From positions 13,826,001 to 13,890,000 of the forward strand of contig NC_090359.1 of the NCBI RefSeq assembly GCF_035084215.1: a DNA stretch of 64,000 bases. Reading direction: 5' to 3'. Below the pieces are notes generated by a model. It ran no database searches. It was not told the DNA's origin and was given only the letters and a program-made list of their open reading frames with translations. Shown piece after piece: positions 40,948 through 53,000 of this stretch; position 1 is the first letter of the stretch, and every line of letters begins with the position of its first letter. This stretch comes from Heptranchias perlo (lineage: Eukaryota). Made by a program: the position numbers and the translations under genes.

Positions 40948-42833
40948 CTGGGGTTCGATAACCATTAGTTCTAGACTTGGTGAATGCTTTGGTTGTGGTT
41001 ATTTCCCAGTTTTCTCATCTGTTATACATGGAAATAAAAGTTATTCATTGAACTGGTTTCTCTTTGTTGTATAATTAAGTAGCTGATCTGATTATCCGGA
41101 TCACCAAGATCTCCACTGCACCACACCCAGCTGAGTAACTTATGATCCAAGTTAGAACTTTTTCCAGGCCAAAAAATATAAAAAGCCCCTCCTGGTCCAG
41201 TTTCCTCACTTGACTCTGTGCCAATCCAGGATGGTTATGATTACATCTCCAAATTGTTACTGGGATGTCTGAAATACATAATTTCTGCAACTATAACCTC
41301 AGTAACAATTCCTGCAGAAAAGGGATTTCATAACATCTGCAAGCAAAGCATCATCAATATGTTGTGCTTTAAAACAATAAAGTGGGAGGGGTGCTGTATT
41401 AGTGGCTGGAGAATGATGAGTATTGGTTAGGACAAGGGAGGGGATCCCTGCAATTTAGCTGCCCTTGCATTAGGCTGATGCCACAAATCACTCACTGGGG
41501 TGCTAGAGTTGTAGCCTGTGTAGAGTACACAATTAACAACCTGAGACTCTTCCTTCGGGCAGACTGTTCTGTTTAACGTCCCCTCATTCGGGGCAATATT
41601 TGCCCATTCTTTGTGATTGAGTAAACCAGCTATCTGTAGAAAACATCAAACTGCAGTCTGTCCTGTGTGGTGTTTGCTGTTGGTTAACCTGTACTGGTAG
41701 AGGAATCATTTGCTTTAATTTCATTTCGATCACCCAACAACTTAAACTGCCTTCCTTTTGATTATTGCATCACTAACTGTTATAAGGAGCCACAAGTTAA
41801 TTGTAATCCAATAGTTTCTGTACATTATCTTCCATATTTCATGTATTCTTTGCAACCACCTCAACTTGCACAAAAAGGCTGCCCTTAACCCACAAATATT
41901 GTGATTTTTTTCCCCCTGAAGATATCAGAAATGAAACCATCAAGTTTGTGAGCCCACTACATAAATATTCTCTTGGGCTGAGGTTGCAGACAAAGGGAGC
42001 TGTTATACATGGTTACACTACCGACAAATTAAATATTGGCTCGACTGTCAGGGGATGGAGGATGTCTGCATGAGCAAGACTGGATAACAGGGTAGGCCTA
42101 TGGGATTAAGACTACTGCTTGTGTGAAGGATAAACACCAACATGAACTTGTTGGGCCAAACAGCCTGTTGCGATGTAAGTTTTATGCAATTCACTCTTCT
42201 CTGTTCTTGAGGCTTTGTGGTCCTTCTGTTCAATGCCTGGTAGTTGCACCAGAGATACAACAGGATAGGAACAAAATACTGAAGATACTGGAAAACTCAA
42301 ACACAAACAAAAAATGTTGGAGATACTCACCAGATCAGGCAACATTGGTCTAGAAAACACAAGACAGTTGACATATCAGATATAAAACCTTTCCTCACAA
42401 CAGACTCGAGATTTGCAGGAGATGAATAAACAGTGCAAACTAAACACTGGACTTTACAGGTTCTAAATTTCATGGGGATAAAACTCCACATCGCACTTTA
42501 CAGTGATGGAGCAACAGAGTTCTGTTTGAAGCTCCCAACTGATCCACTTTCCATTTCCCCAACTCGTTGTCGGTTGGTTTGCGGACTCACTGCGGACTGT
42601 CTGGTGAAGGTCAGTCTCCTTCAATCTATTGTGGTGATCAACATTGTGAATCTTGGTATAATGGACTCTTTCAGGACACACCGAGATGCCCATCAATTGT
42701 CCAAGAGTTGCGATAACTTAGAAACGATTGTGCTCGACACCATCTACGGGATGGGATTTCCATTTGTAAACTGATCGATCTCTTTGAGAAATGTGTGAAG
42801 CTCTGATTCTGGAAACAGAGATGTGATCAGATT
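40948..42833. repeat. Intergenic spacer of the ferritin tandem repeat unit (homologous to 59898-61747)
   Basis: Colinear high similarity from the 3'UTR up to AACAGAGATGT(G/T)ATCAGATT in both copies. Confidence 0.92.
42814..42833. repeat. Target-site duplication AACAGAGATGTGATCAGATT (left copy)
   Basis: Identical 20-mer at 49655-49674 and 56840-56859; a single one-mismatch copy lies at the empty site 61728-61747. Confidence 0.93.
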
Positions 42834-42944
42834 TTTTTTTTTCTTTTAGGGTGTGTTTTTTTTTAATTAGGCCCCCCTTTTATAAGAAGGGGGGGGGTGG
42901 GGTGTGCTTAAATACTAAAAACCAAATAAACCAAAACCAAGTGT

Positions 42945-45900
42945 TCAAATTAAAATTTTATTCTCCTCGTCCAGGATACACTCCAGCCCCTGCGGTGCCC
43001 ACCGGCCGCGGAAAGCCTCGAGCGTACCGGCAGACACCGCGTGCTCCATCTCCAGGGCCACCCGGGCGCGGAGCATTCCGCGGAAGAGAGGCAGACAGGC
43101 CGAGCGACCGCCCCCACGGACCACGATCATCCTAGACCTGTGGATGGCCACCTTGGACAGGCCCAGGAGCAGGCCCACGAGAACGTCCACCGACCTGCCC
43201 GCCCCCCCCCTCACCGGGCGGCCAAAGATCAGGAGCGTGGGACTGAAGTGCAGCCAGAACTTGAGGAGCAGCCCCTTCAAATAATGGAACAGGGGCTGCA
43301 GTCTCGCACACCCGGTGTACAGATGGAACACGGACTCCTCCAGGCCGCAGAAATCACAAGCGGCCTGGGTGTCCGTGAAATGGCGTAACCGCCGGTTGCA
43401 CGCGACTGCTCCGTGCGCCACCCTCCACCCCAGATCCCCAAAGTAACACGGGAGGACCCCTGTATAGAGAGCCTCCCAATGGGGACCCCCGTCTCCGCCG
43501 GACGGCAGGATGGCACGCCAGGGCGTGTCCGGCAGAGAGACGAGGGCGAGGAAGTGGATGGTGTGCAGGAGCAGCCCGTACAGGAAATCCCTCCGCGCGG
43601 TGTGAAACGGCACGGAGGGAATTTCCGAGAGACGGCTCAAGTTGTGAGGCGCGGCCCCCCGAGGGAGGTTCCGGGGTTTGGCGCCGAGGAGGAACTCCGT
43701 CCGAACGGGGGTCAGGTCGGACGGGATGGCTCCGCACGCCTGAGCCGCCTCCACATCCCGAGTGGAGTCAGGGCCGAGCGCCGATTTCAACGCCCGGATG
43801 GCGGCGGCCGCGTCCCCGGCACGCCACGAGGACATCCGTGCGGCGAGCGCCCACGGCTCGAGCCAACCCGACCTCCCGCCATCCAGGACGTCCCTGACTC
43901 TGGTCACCCGACCGGCCACGGCCCTCCGCACCGACAGCCGCGAGTGGCCGAAGCCGATATCGCGGAGGAACGGATTCCCGAGCAGCGGCTCCTGCAGGAC
44001 GGCCGCTACCCCTGATGGGTGAGAGCTCCGACCGGAGGCGACCATGTTCCAGACCCTGAGCAGATCCTGGTAAAAGACAGGCAGCTCCTGCAAAGACATG
44101 CGGCCGCCCACCAGCGAGATGAACAGGAGCTGCGTGTCGTAGTTCAGGCCGTGCAGCTGGCGGAAAAAATACGTCGCCAGCGCACGCCATCTAAGAGGAT
44201 GCTCAACGTACAGGTATCGCCGCAGCGTCCGAAGGCGGAAAGTTGCCACCTGGGTGCGGACGCACACCAGCCCCTGACCGCCCTCCCTAAGCGGGAGACT
44301 CAGGACCGCGGCAGCGACCCAGTGTATCCCTTTGGCCCAGAAGAAGTCGACAAACTTCTTCTGAATCTTGGCGACGAACTCAGGGGGGGGGGTCAAAGTG
44401 ACCAACCGGTACCACAACATGGCGGCCACCAGCTGGTTTATGACCAGCACACGACCCCTGTAGGATAACACTCGGAGCAGTCCTGTCCAGCGCGCCAGGC
44501 GAGCGGCGACTTTGACTCCAGCTCTTCCCAGTTCGCCGGCCAGGCTTCCTCGGCAGGGCCGAGGTAGACTCCCAGGTACCGGAGGTGCGTGGTACTCCAG
44601 GCGAAAGGCCTGAGCTCCTCCGGCAGGGAGTCCACCCGCCACTGACCCACCAGGAGTCCGGAACATTTCTCCCAGTTGATCCTTGCGGAGGACGCGGCAG
44701 CGTAGACCTCTTGGCACTCGCGCATCCTCCGCAAGTCAAGGGGATCCGTGACCACGAGGAGCACGTCGTCGGCGTAAGCCGAAAGGACGACCTCCACGCC
44801 CGGCTCGAGCAGAGCCAGTCCCGACAACCTCTTGCGCAAGAGGCGCAGGAAAGGCTCTACGCAGATGGTATATAATTGGCCGGACATGGGGCACCCCTGA
44901 CGCACTCCTCTCCCGAAGCGAAGGGGCGCCGTCAAGGATCCGTTAACCTTAATCAGACACTCCGCGGCAGCGTACAGAAGTCGGATCCGGGCGACGAAAT
45001 GCGACCCGAACCCGAAAGCGCGCAGAGTCCCGAATAGATACTCGTGATCCACCCTGTCGAACGCCTTCTCCTGATCTAAGGAAAGGAAGGCGACCGACAG
45101 ACCAGCCCTCTGGGAATGGTGGATCAGGTCCCGGACCAGGTGGATGTTATCGTGGATCTTCCGGCCCGGGAGCGTGTAGGACTGGTCGGGGTGGATCATG
45201 TGGGCCAGCACGGTGCCCAGGCGAGCAGACATCGCCTTGGCAAAGACCTTATAATCCGTGCTGAGGAGGGAGACCGGGCGCCAGTTTTTAAGGTTGCGGA
45301 GATCCCCCTTCTTAGGCAGCAGGACCACGACCGCCCTGCGCCACGAAAGGGGCATCTCCCCGGTCGCCAGACATTCCCCCAGGACCCGCGCGTAGTCGCT
45401 CCCCAGGACGTCCCAGAAGGCCCTGAGGAACTCCACGGTCAGCCCGTCCAGCCCCGGGGACTTGCCCCTGGAGAGCTGGTGGAGGGCGCCCGTCAGCTCC
45501 GCCAAACTGAGGGGAGCGTCCAGACTGTCGGCGTCCTCCGGGCCAATCTTCGGCAGGTCCTCCCACAAAACTCTGCGCGCCTCCTCGCCGGACGGATCCG
45601 GAGAGAACAGAGCCTCGTAGTAAGATCGAGCCCGGGCCCTGACTCCCTCCGGGTCCGAGACGAGGGACCCGTCGTCGGCCAGCAGCGTAAGGAGCTGCTT
45701 ACGAGCCCCCCGCCGCTTTTCCAGCGAGTAGAAGAAGGGAGAGCCGCGGTCCAGGTCCCGAAGGAGCTGGAGCCGCGACCTCACGTACGCTCCTCGGGAC
45801 CCGACCAGTTGCAGGTCCCTCAGAGCGTCCTTCCTCCCCTCGTACACCTGCCGCAGGGCCGGATCCTCGGCGGCCTGACCGAGACGGGACTCCAGGCCAA

Positions 45901-46849
45901 GCACCTCCTGCTCCAACCGCCTGACCTCGGACTCCCGCCTCTTAGTCGACCCCCTCGCGTACTCTTGACAGAAGAGGCGGACGTGAGCCTTGCCCACGTC
46001 CCACCATAGCCTCAAGGAGGAGAAGCCTCCCCGCTTCCCTCTCCAGTCGCTCCAGAACAGACGGAACGAGTCCCGGAACCGCGCGTCCTCCAGCAGCCGG
46101 TTGTTAAAGTGCCAGTACGCGGACCCCGACCGGGCGCGGAGCAGAGCGAGCTCCATCCACACCAGGTGGTGGTCCGAGCACGACACCGGCCGGATGGAGG
46201 CCGACGGGACGCAGGAGGCGTACGCCCGCGAAACGTACAGGCGGTCGATTCTGGTGCTCCCTCCTGCAGCCCTCACAAAGGTGAACTGGCCGGAGTCGGG
46301 ATGGAGATTCCGCCAGACGTCCACCAAGTCGAAGGACCCGACCAGGTCCCTCAACTTCCCCGTCGCCGACCGGCGATCCGCGGGACCGGAGCGGTCCCTC
46401 GCCTCGAGGGTACGGTTAAAATCCCCCCCGAGGATAATGCACTCGCCGGCGTCGACGGAGTTCAGGTAAGTGGACACTTCCTCAAAGAAGCTCACTTGCT
46501 CGCCCTCGGACCAGGGGGCGTACACGTTCACCAGGTGAAGCGGCACGGCCCCGTGGCGAAGGGCTACGTGGAGCAAGCGGCCCGGCACCGGCTCCTTGAC
46601 CCCCAAGATCTCCGGCTGAAAAGTCGGGGCCAACAAGATGGCCACCCCGCTCGAAACGCTGGCGAGGTGACTCAAGTAGACCCCCCCTCCCCATTCCAGG
46701 ATCCACGTGGCCTCGTCTCCCGGAACGGTGTGGGTTTCCTGCAGAAAGCACACCGCATACTTCCCGTCCCGAAGGACCGAGAACTTGTCAAATCTAAGGC
46801 GGGCGTCTCTGCCGCCGTTGATGTTGAGGCTGGCTATGGTTATCTCCAT
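42945..46849 (-). pseudogene. Tx1 copy 3 ORF2, one frameshift after the RT core
   Basis: ORF 44438-46957 covers EN+RT up to 'NWEELE'; the continuation 'KVAARLARW...' is in another frame (42945-44717). Confidence 0.9.
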
Positions 46850-46878
46850 GGCAAGAGCACAGCGCAACCTACTTAAAC

Positions 46879-48921
46879 CTAACGCGCGGAGGGAGCGGGG
46901 CCGCGAGTCGACCGCCACTCGCTCAAGAGGCCGGTGAGGAGGGATCTGAGCCGACACAGCCCGACCCCGCCGCCGTCCCCTTCCGCGGCCACGGACGCGA
47001 CGGCGGCCAGGACCGAGCGGATTAACAGCGCCGGCTCAGACCAACGGTCGAGGGCCAGCCGGACGCCATCGCGACGACGGCTCCAACCGGACGCAAAATC
47101 CCGGAGTTCCTCAACGGGGATGAGGGGAGACTCGGTGCAGGGCACGAGGGCGTCCACCACCTCACTGGCGGCGAACTCTAAATCCTCTCCAGTGCCCACC
47201 ACCGAGTCCCCGTCCTCCTCCGGGTCATCGTCGCCCGCGGCCGACCCGCTCCCCGCACAAAGCGCGGAGAACGAGACGGCCGCGCCGGCCAGCCCCACCT
47301 CTGTTACGATCCCACCCCCAGGATCGTCGGCAGAGGAGTCCTCCCCGGGCTCCACCGGGGGGTCCGGGTCAGAGGGCGGCGCCGGGCGGGGACCCTCCCC
47401 AGCCTCCGAGCGGTGAAAAACCGGCACCCGGATATAAGGGGAACCCGGGGAAACCGGGGAGAACGTGTACTCAAGTTCTCCCACCTCCCCCGGCTCCGAG
47501 CCCAGAGACTGAGAGGAGGGGGTCCCCCCACCCACGTCGCCACCGACCGACCCGGCCGGTGAGATATTTTGATTAAAACCCACCACCAGGTCGAGCAGGT
47601 CCTGGGAGAGGTCGAGCCGAGGGCAGACGAATTTGGCCGCAACGGCCTCGCCCACCCCGACACCCAGGACGCCCGACCCGGTGAACAGGGTAGTGTTGGG
47701 TAAATGCGGAGCCGCGACCCCCCCCATCGGCGGGGTCTCTCCATCCCCCCCGGGAGGCACGGGAGCGATCCCCTCCCCCCGAGAGGTGGATGACCCCCGC
47801 CGCTGTTCGGATGTCACGGGCGGGGCCGCAGGATCCGCGACCGGCACCGACTCCCCTTCCACGGGGGGCCGTCCATTAGCAGGGAGCCCGTTCGCTTCCG
47901 GGGAGTGGTGCCTCTTTTTCTTCCAGGAGGGTCGCGGAGGGAGGGGGGACTCCATGTCTGCTGGGACCCCCGCCTCCGCTCCCTCCTGATCACCCGCCAG
48001 CCCGGGCTCTGTCGCGACCGCGAGATGTTGACTGGCCGCGGTCACGGCCTCGGGCTGACTGAGATCTTCTCTGTCCCGGGGACCAGCCTCTAAATTCTTC
48101 CTCTTTCTCCGCGCTTTCTTCTGGCGAGGGTTCCCCTCCTCCCCCCTGGCGGAGGCCTCGACGCCAACCTCCACCCGCGCAGTTGACTCTCCCGACGCGG
48201 GGGCGGGGTTGGGGGGAGGAGCGGTGGCGGCGCCAGCCCCGGCCGCCGTAGCTGTTTTGGCGGCCTGAGAGGCAGGGCAGTTCCTCTTCAGGTGCCCCAC
48301 CTCCTTACAGGGATGGCACCGCCCACCCTCTGCCGTCCAAAAGACGCGGTAAGGGGTCCCCTCGTGGAGGGCGTTAAAGCCCCCCTCCGTAACCTCCTCC
48401 CGTGCCAGCTTGACGAATGCCTGGCGACGGAAGGAGTAAACATGCCGGAGGCTGTTCTCCCTGAGTCCGAGCGGCAGCGGCGTTACCCCCGACCTCACCT
48501 CCCCCAGTTGACGTAGGTGGGGGAGGAGGAGCTCGTCCGACAGGAAAGGCGGGACGTTAGATAAAATGACTCGCTGCGCGGTGGCCTCCAGCGGGTCCAC
48601 CGGCAGGAAGGTCCCGCCAACCGTGAGCCCCTTACTAAGGGCCAGGGACACCGCCCGCTCGGACCTCAGGAAGAACACCACCCTCCCGTACATTTTTGAG
48701 GCCGCGACGATGGCCGAGGGGCCGACAACCTCGGCCATGGCCTTTACGCAGGCCTCAATGGTCATGTTGGGGTGGGCGTAGCTCTTCACCCCATGCTTCC
48801 TCGTAATGAGGCGGAAAGGCGCCGGCCCAGCAGGAGCGGCACGAACTGTAGGAGCGGCCCCCGAGGTAACCGCCGCATACGTCCTGCTGGGTCCCGGCAC
48901 CGGCGAAGATGGTGAAGCCAT
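46879..48921 (-). CDS. Tx1 copy 3 ORF1 protein (680 aa)
   Basis: Uninterrupted ORF with knuckle CHPCKEVGHLKRNC. Confidence 0.92.
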   Translation of the reverse strand: MASPSSPVPGPSRTYAAVTSGAAPTVRAAPAGPAPFRLITRKHGVKSYAHPNMTIEACVKAMAEVVGPSAIVAASKMYGRVVFFLRSERAVSLALSKGLTVGGTFLPVDPLEATAQRVILSNVPPFLSDELLLPHLRQLGEVRSGVTPLPLGLRENSLRHVYSFRRQAFVKLAREEVTEGGFNALHEGTPYRVFWTAEGGRCHPCKEVGHLKRNCPASQAAKTATAAGAGAATAPPPNPAPASGESTARVEVGVEASARGEEGNPRQKKARRKRKNLEAGPRDREDLSQPEAVTAASQHLAVATEPGLAGDQEGAEAGVPADMESPLPPRPSWKKKRHHSPEANGLPANGRPPVEGESVPVADPAAPPVTSEQRRGSSTSRGEGIAPVPPGGDGETPPMGGVAAPHLPNTTLFTGSGVLGVGVGEAVAAKFVCPRLDLSQDLLDLVVGFNQNISPAGSVGGDVGGGTPSSQSLGSEPGEVGELEYTFSPVSPGSPYIRVPVFHRSEAGEGPRPAPPSDPDPPVEPGEDSSADDPGGGIVTEVGLAGAAVSFSALCAGSGSAAGDDDPEEDGDSVVGTGEDLEFAASEVVDALVPCTESPLIPVEELRDFASGWSRRRDGVRLALDRWSEPALLIRSVLAAVASVAAEGDGGGVGLCRLRSLLTGLLSEWRSTRGPAPSAR

Positions 48922-49654
48922 GACCTAAAGAGCCACACCCACCCCAAGTCTCGGGCCTACTGATGAAATTAGGCCTTTTTAAAAGAAGCCCTGAGGAAAC
49001 CTCTCTCCCCGAATCCCAGAGCTTGGTTGGGAGAGGGGCCCCTTTGCTGGTTTTATTTCCCCCCAGAATATCCGGGAGAGCAAGAGAAGGTGGGAGGGAT
49101 TAATGGTGGAATGGGAAGGAGGGAGTCTGCAGGGGTAGGCTGCTGCAGAAGTGGGTGGAAGTGGGGCGGGGTTGCACCTTAAAAGGTGGATCATCTTCTG
49201 TCTGTCTTCCAGTGGGCAGGGGGAGGAGATGTCTTCCCCGAGACAGCTGGAGCTGCCTAGGCTCAGTCCTCCAAAGATTGAAAAAGTAATTTCACCCAGG
49301 CAGCTCCAGCTGTCCTGGGCCAGACACTTGGGGGAACCCCCTGTCCTCTAAGGTCTTCTTCCTCCCCCTACCTTCAGCCGACGCACCTCACTGCACCGAC
49401 CTCCTCTTCCTCCCTCTGTTCGGTGTCGGAAACCACCAGCAGCAGCAGCAGCAGCACAACCCCTCCCGGCTGCTGTTTGGTCGTATTCTTCTTCACCCTC
49501 CCTCCTTGTTGATGGTGGTTTCTCCTTCTCCTTCTCCTTGACTCAGAGGGACCCGGGCAAGGGCCTGCTCTCTCTGCTCTCTCTGCTCTCCACTCAATGG
49601 CAGTTCAGCCACAATCAGCTCCAATGCCGAGCTGGTGTGTCTCAAAGACAACCC

Positions 49655-49854
49655 AACAGAGATGTGATCAGATTCCGTCTGAGGAAAGTCAAAGAAACCA
49701 ACAGCAATGGCATCACAGAATAATTCTCCAATCCCACCTGTATTCCAAAGCTCTGATTGGTTCTGGGAATCACACCCCACCTTCTGTCCTTTGTTAATTG
49801 GTGCCTGGATTCATGGACGATTCCTGAGTGGTTGTCAGGGATTGTCAATCATCA
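49655..49854 (+). promoter_or_regulatory. Orphan duplicate of the ferritin B promoter, between Tx1 copies 3 and 4
   Basis: Matches 56840-57039 and ends at the N gap. Confidence 0.85.
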
Positions 49855-49995
49855 NNNNNNNNNNNNNNNNNNNNNNNNNNNNNNNNNNNNNNNNNNNNNN
49901 NNNNNNNNNNNNNNNNNNNNNNNNNNNNNNNNNNNNNNNNNNNNNNNNNNNNNNNNNNNNNNNNNNNNNNNNNNNNNNNNNNNNNNNNNNNNNNN
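49855..49995. other. Assembly gap (141 N)
   Basis: Run of N. Confidence 1.
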
Positions 49996-50093
49996 TTTTT
50001 TGTTCTTTTTTCTAATTAGGCCCCCCTTTTATAAGAAGGGGGGGTGTGGGGTGTGCTTAACAACTAAAAACCAAACAAACCAAAACCAAGAGT

Positions 50094-53000
50094 TCAAATC
50101 AAAATTTTATTATCCTCGTTCAGGATGCACTCCAGCCCCTGCGGTGCCCACCGGTCGCGGAAAGCCTCAAGCGTACCGGCAGACACCGCGTGCTCCATCT
50201 CCAGGGCCACCCGGGCGCGGAGCAACCCGCGAAAGAGAGGCAGACAGGCCGAGCGCCCACCCCCGCGGACCGCGAGCATCCTGGACCTGTGGATAGCCAC
50301 CTTGGACAGGCCCAGGAGCAGGCCCACGAGGACGTCCACCGACCTGCCCGCCCCCCTCCTCACCGGGCGGCCAAAGATCAGGAGCGTGGGACTGAAGTGC
50401 AGCCAGAACTTGAGGAGCAGCCCCTCCAAATAATGGAACAGGGGCTGCAGTCTCGCACACCCAGTGTACAAATGAAAAACGGACTCCTCCAGGCCGCAGA
50501 AAATGCAAGCGGCCTGGGTGTCCGTAAAATGGCGTAAACGCCTGTTGCACGGGACTGCTCCGTGCAACACCCTCCACCCCAGATCCCCAAAGTAACACGG
50601 GAGGACCCCGGTATAGAGAGCCTCCCACTGGGGACCCCCGTCTCCGCCGGACGGCAGGATGGCACGCCAGGGCGTGTCCGGGCGAGAGACGAGGGCGAGG
50701 AAGTGGATGGTGTGCAGGAGCAGCCCGTACAGGAAATCCCTCCGCGCGGTGTGAAACGGCACGGAGGGAATTTCCGAGAGACGGCTCAAGTTGTGAGGCG
50801 CGGCCCTCCGAGGGAGGTTCCGGGGTTTGGCGCCGAGGAGGAATTCCGTCCGAACGGGGGTCAGGTCGGACGGGATGGCTCCGCACGCCTGAGCCGCCTC
50901 CACACCCCGAGTGGAGTCAGGGCCGAGCGCCGATTTCAACGCCTGGATGGCGGCGGCCGCGTCCCCGGCACGCCACGAGGACATGCGAGCGGCGAGCGCC
51001 CACGGCTCGAGCCAACCCGACCCTCCGCCATCCAGGACGTCCCTGACTCTGGTCACCCGACCGGCCACAGCCCTCCGCTCCGTCAGCCACGAGCGGCCGA
51101 AGCCGACATCGCGGAGGAACGGATTCCCGAGCAGCGGCTCCTGCAGGACGGCCGCTACCCCCGACGGGCGAGAGCTCCGGCTGGAGGCGACCATGGTCCA
51201 GACCCTGAGCAGATCCTGGTACAAGACAGGCAGCTCCTGCAAAGACGTGCGGCCGCCCAGCAGCGAGACGAACAGGAGCTGCGTGTCGTAATTCAGGCCG
51301 TGCAGCTGGCGGAAAAAATACGTCGCCAGCGCACGCCATCTAAGAGGACGCTCCGCGTACAGGTATCGCTGCAGCATCCGAAGGCGGAAAGTTGCCACCT
51401 GGGTGCGGACGCACACCAGTCCCTGACCGCCCTCCCTAAGCGGGAGACTCAGGACCGCGGCAGCGACCCAGTGCATCCCTTTGGCCCAGAAGAAGTCGAC
51501 GAACTTCCTCTGAATCTTGGCGACAAAATCAGGGGGGGGGGTCAAAGGAACCAACCGGTACCACAACATGGCGGCCACCAGCTGGTTTATGACCAGCACA
51601 CGACCCCTGTAGGATAACACTCGGAGCAGTCCTGTCCAGCGCGCCAGGCGAGCGGTGACTTTGGCCTCCAGCTCTACCCAGTTCGCCGGCCAGGCTTCCT
51701 CGGCAGGGCCGAGGTAGACTCCCAGGTACCGGAGGTGCGTGGTACTCCAGGCGAAAGCCCTGAGCTCCTCCGGCATGGAGTCCACCCGCCACTGACCCAC
51801 CAGGAGTCCGGAACATTTCTCCCAGTTGATTCTTGCGGAGGACGCGGCAGAGTAGACCTCTTGGCACTCGCGCATCCTCCGCAAGTCAAGGGGATCGGTG
51901 ACCACGAGGAGCACGTCGTCGGCGTAAGCCGAAAGGACGACCTCCACGTCCGGCTCGCGCAGAGCCAGTCCCGACAGCCTCTTTCGCAAGAGGTGCAGGA
52001 AAGGCTCTACACAGATGGTATATAATTGGCCGGACATGGGGCACCCCTGACGCACTCCTCTCCCGAAGCGAAGGGGCGCCGTCAAGGATCCGTTAACCTT
52101 AATCAGACACTCCGCGGCGGCGTACAGAAGTCGGATCCGGGCGACGAAATGCGACCCGAACCCGAAAGCGCGCAGAGTCCCGAATAGGTACTCGTGATCC
52201 ACCCTGTCGAACGCCTTCTCCTGATCCAAGGAAAGGAAGGCGACCGACAGACCAGCCCTCTGGGAGTGGTGGATCAGGTCCCGGACCAGGTGGATGTTAT
52301 CGTGGATCGTCCGGCCCGGGACCGTGTAGGACTGGTCGGGGTGGATCATGTGGTCCAGCACGGTGCCGAGGCGAGCAGACATCGCCCTGGCGAAGACCTT
52401 ATAATCCGTGCTGAGGAGGGAGACCGGGCGCCAGTTTTTAAGGTTGCGGAGATCCCCCTTCTTAGGCAGCAGGACCACGACCGCCCTGCGCCACGAAAGG
52501 GGCATCTCCCCGGTCGCCAGACATTCCCCCAGGACCCGCGCGTAGTCGCCCCCCAGGACGTCCCAGAAGGCCCTGAGGAACTCCACGGTCAGCCCGTCCA
52601 GCCCCGGGGATTTGCCCCTAGAGAGCTGGTGGAGGGCGCCGGTCAGCTCCGCCAAACTGAGCGGAGCGTCCAGACGCTCAGCGTCCTCCGGGCCGACCTT
52701 CGGCAGGTCCTCCCACAAAACTCTGCGCGCCTCCTCGCTGGACGGATCCGGAGAGAACAGAGCCTCGTAGTAAGATCGAGCACGGGCCCTGACTCCCTCC
52801 GGGTCCGAGACGAGGGACCCGTCGTCGGCCAACAGCGTAAGGAGCTGCTTACGAGCCCCCCGCCACTTTTCCAGCGAGTAGAAGAAGGGAGAGCCGCGGT
52901 CCAGGTCCCGCAGGAGCTGGAGCCGCGACCTCACGTACGCTCCTCGGGACCCGACAAGGTGCAGGTCCCTCAGAGCGTCCTTCTTCTCTTCGTACACCTG

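Larger units (their letters stand above)
42834..49654 (-). mobile_element. Tx1-type non-LTR retrotransposon, copy 3 (full length; ORF2 frameshift)
   Basis: Bounded by the 20-bp TSD. ORF1 is intact; ORF2 has a 1-bp deletion near 44514. Confidence 0.95.

Noticed and set aside
41150-41430. TATA-like TATAAAAA and short ORFs downstream of the ferritin poly(A) site, present in both units
   Set aside because: The first ATG gives only about 13 codons and the longer frames differ between copies; no support for a gene.
42270-42405. Minus-strand short repeat resembling a hammerhead-bearing retroelement end (also about 61185-61315)
   Set aside because: The core boxes are mutated (GTGAGGA...GATA); too degenerate to call a ribozyme.
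42433-42774. ORF conserved in both ferritin spacers (also 61346-61720)
   Set aside because: It has a GTG start, different stop positions and no recognisable domain. Conservation is explained by duplication of the whole spacer.
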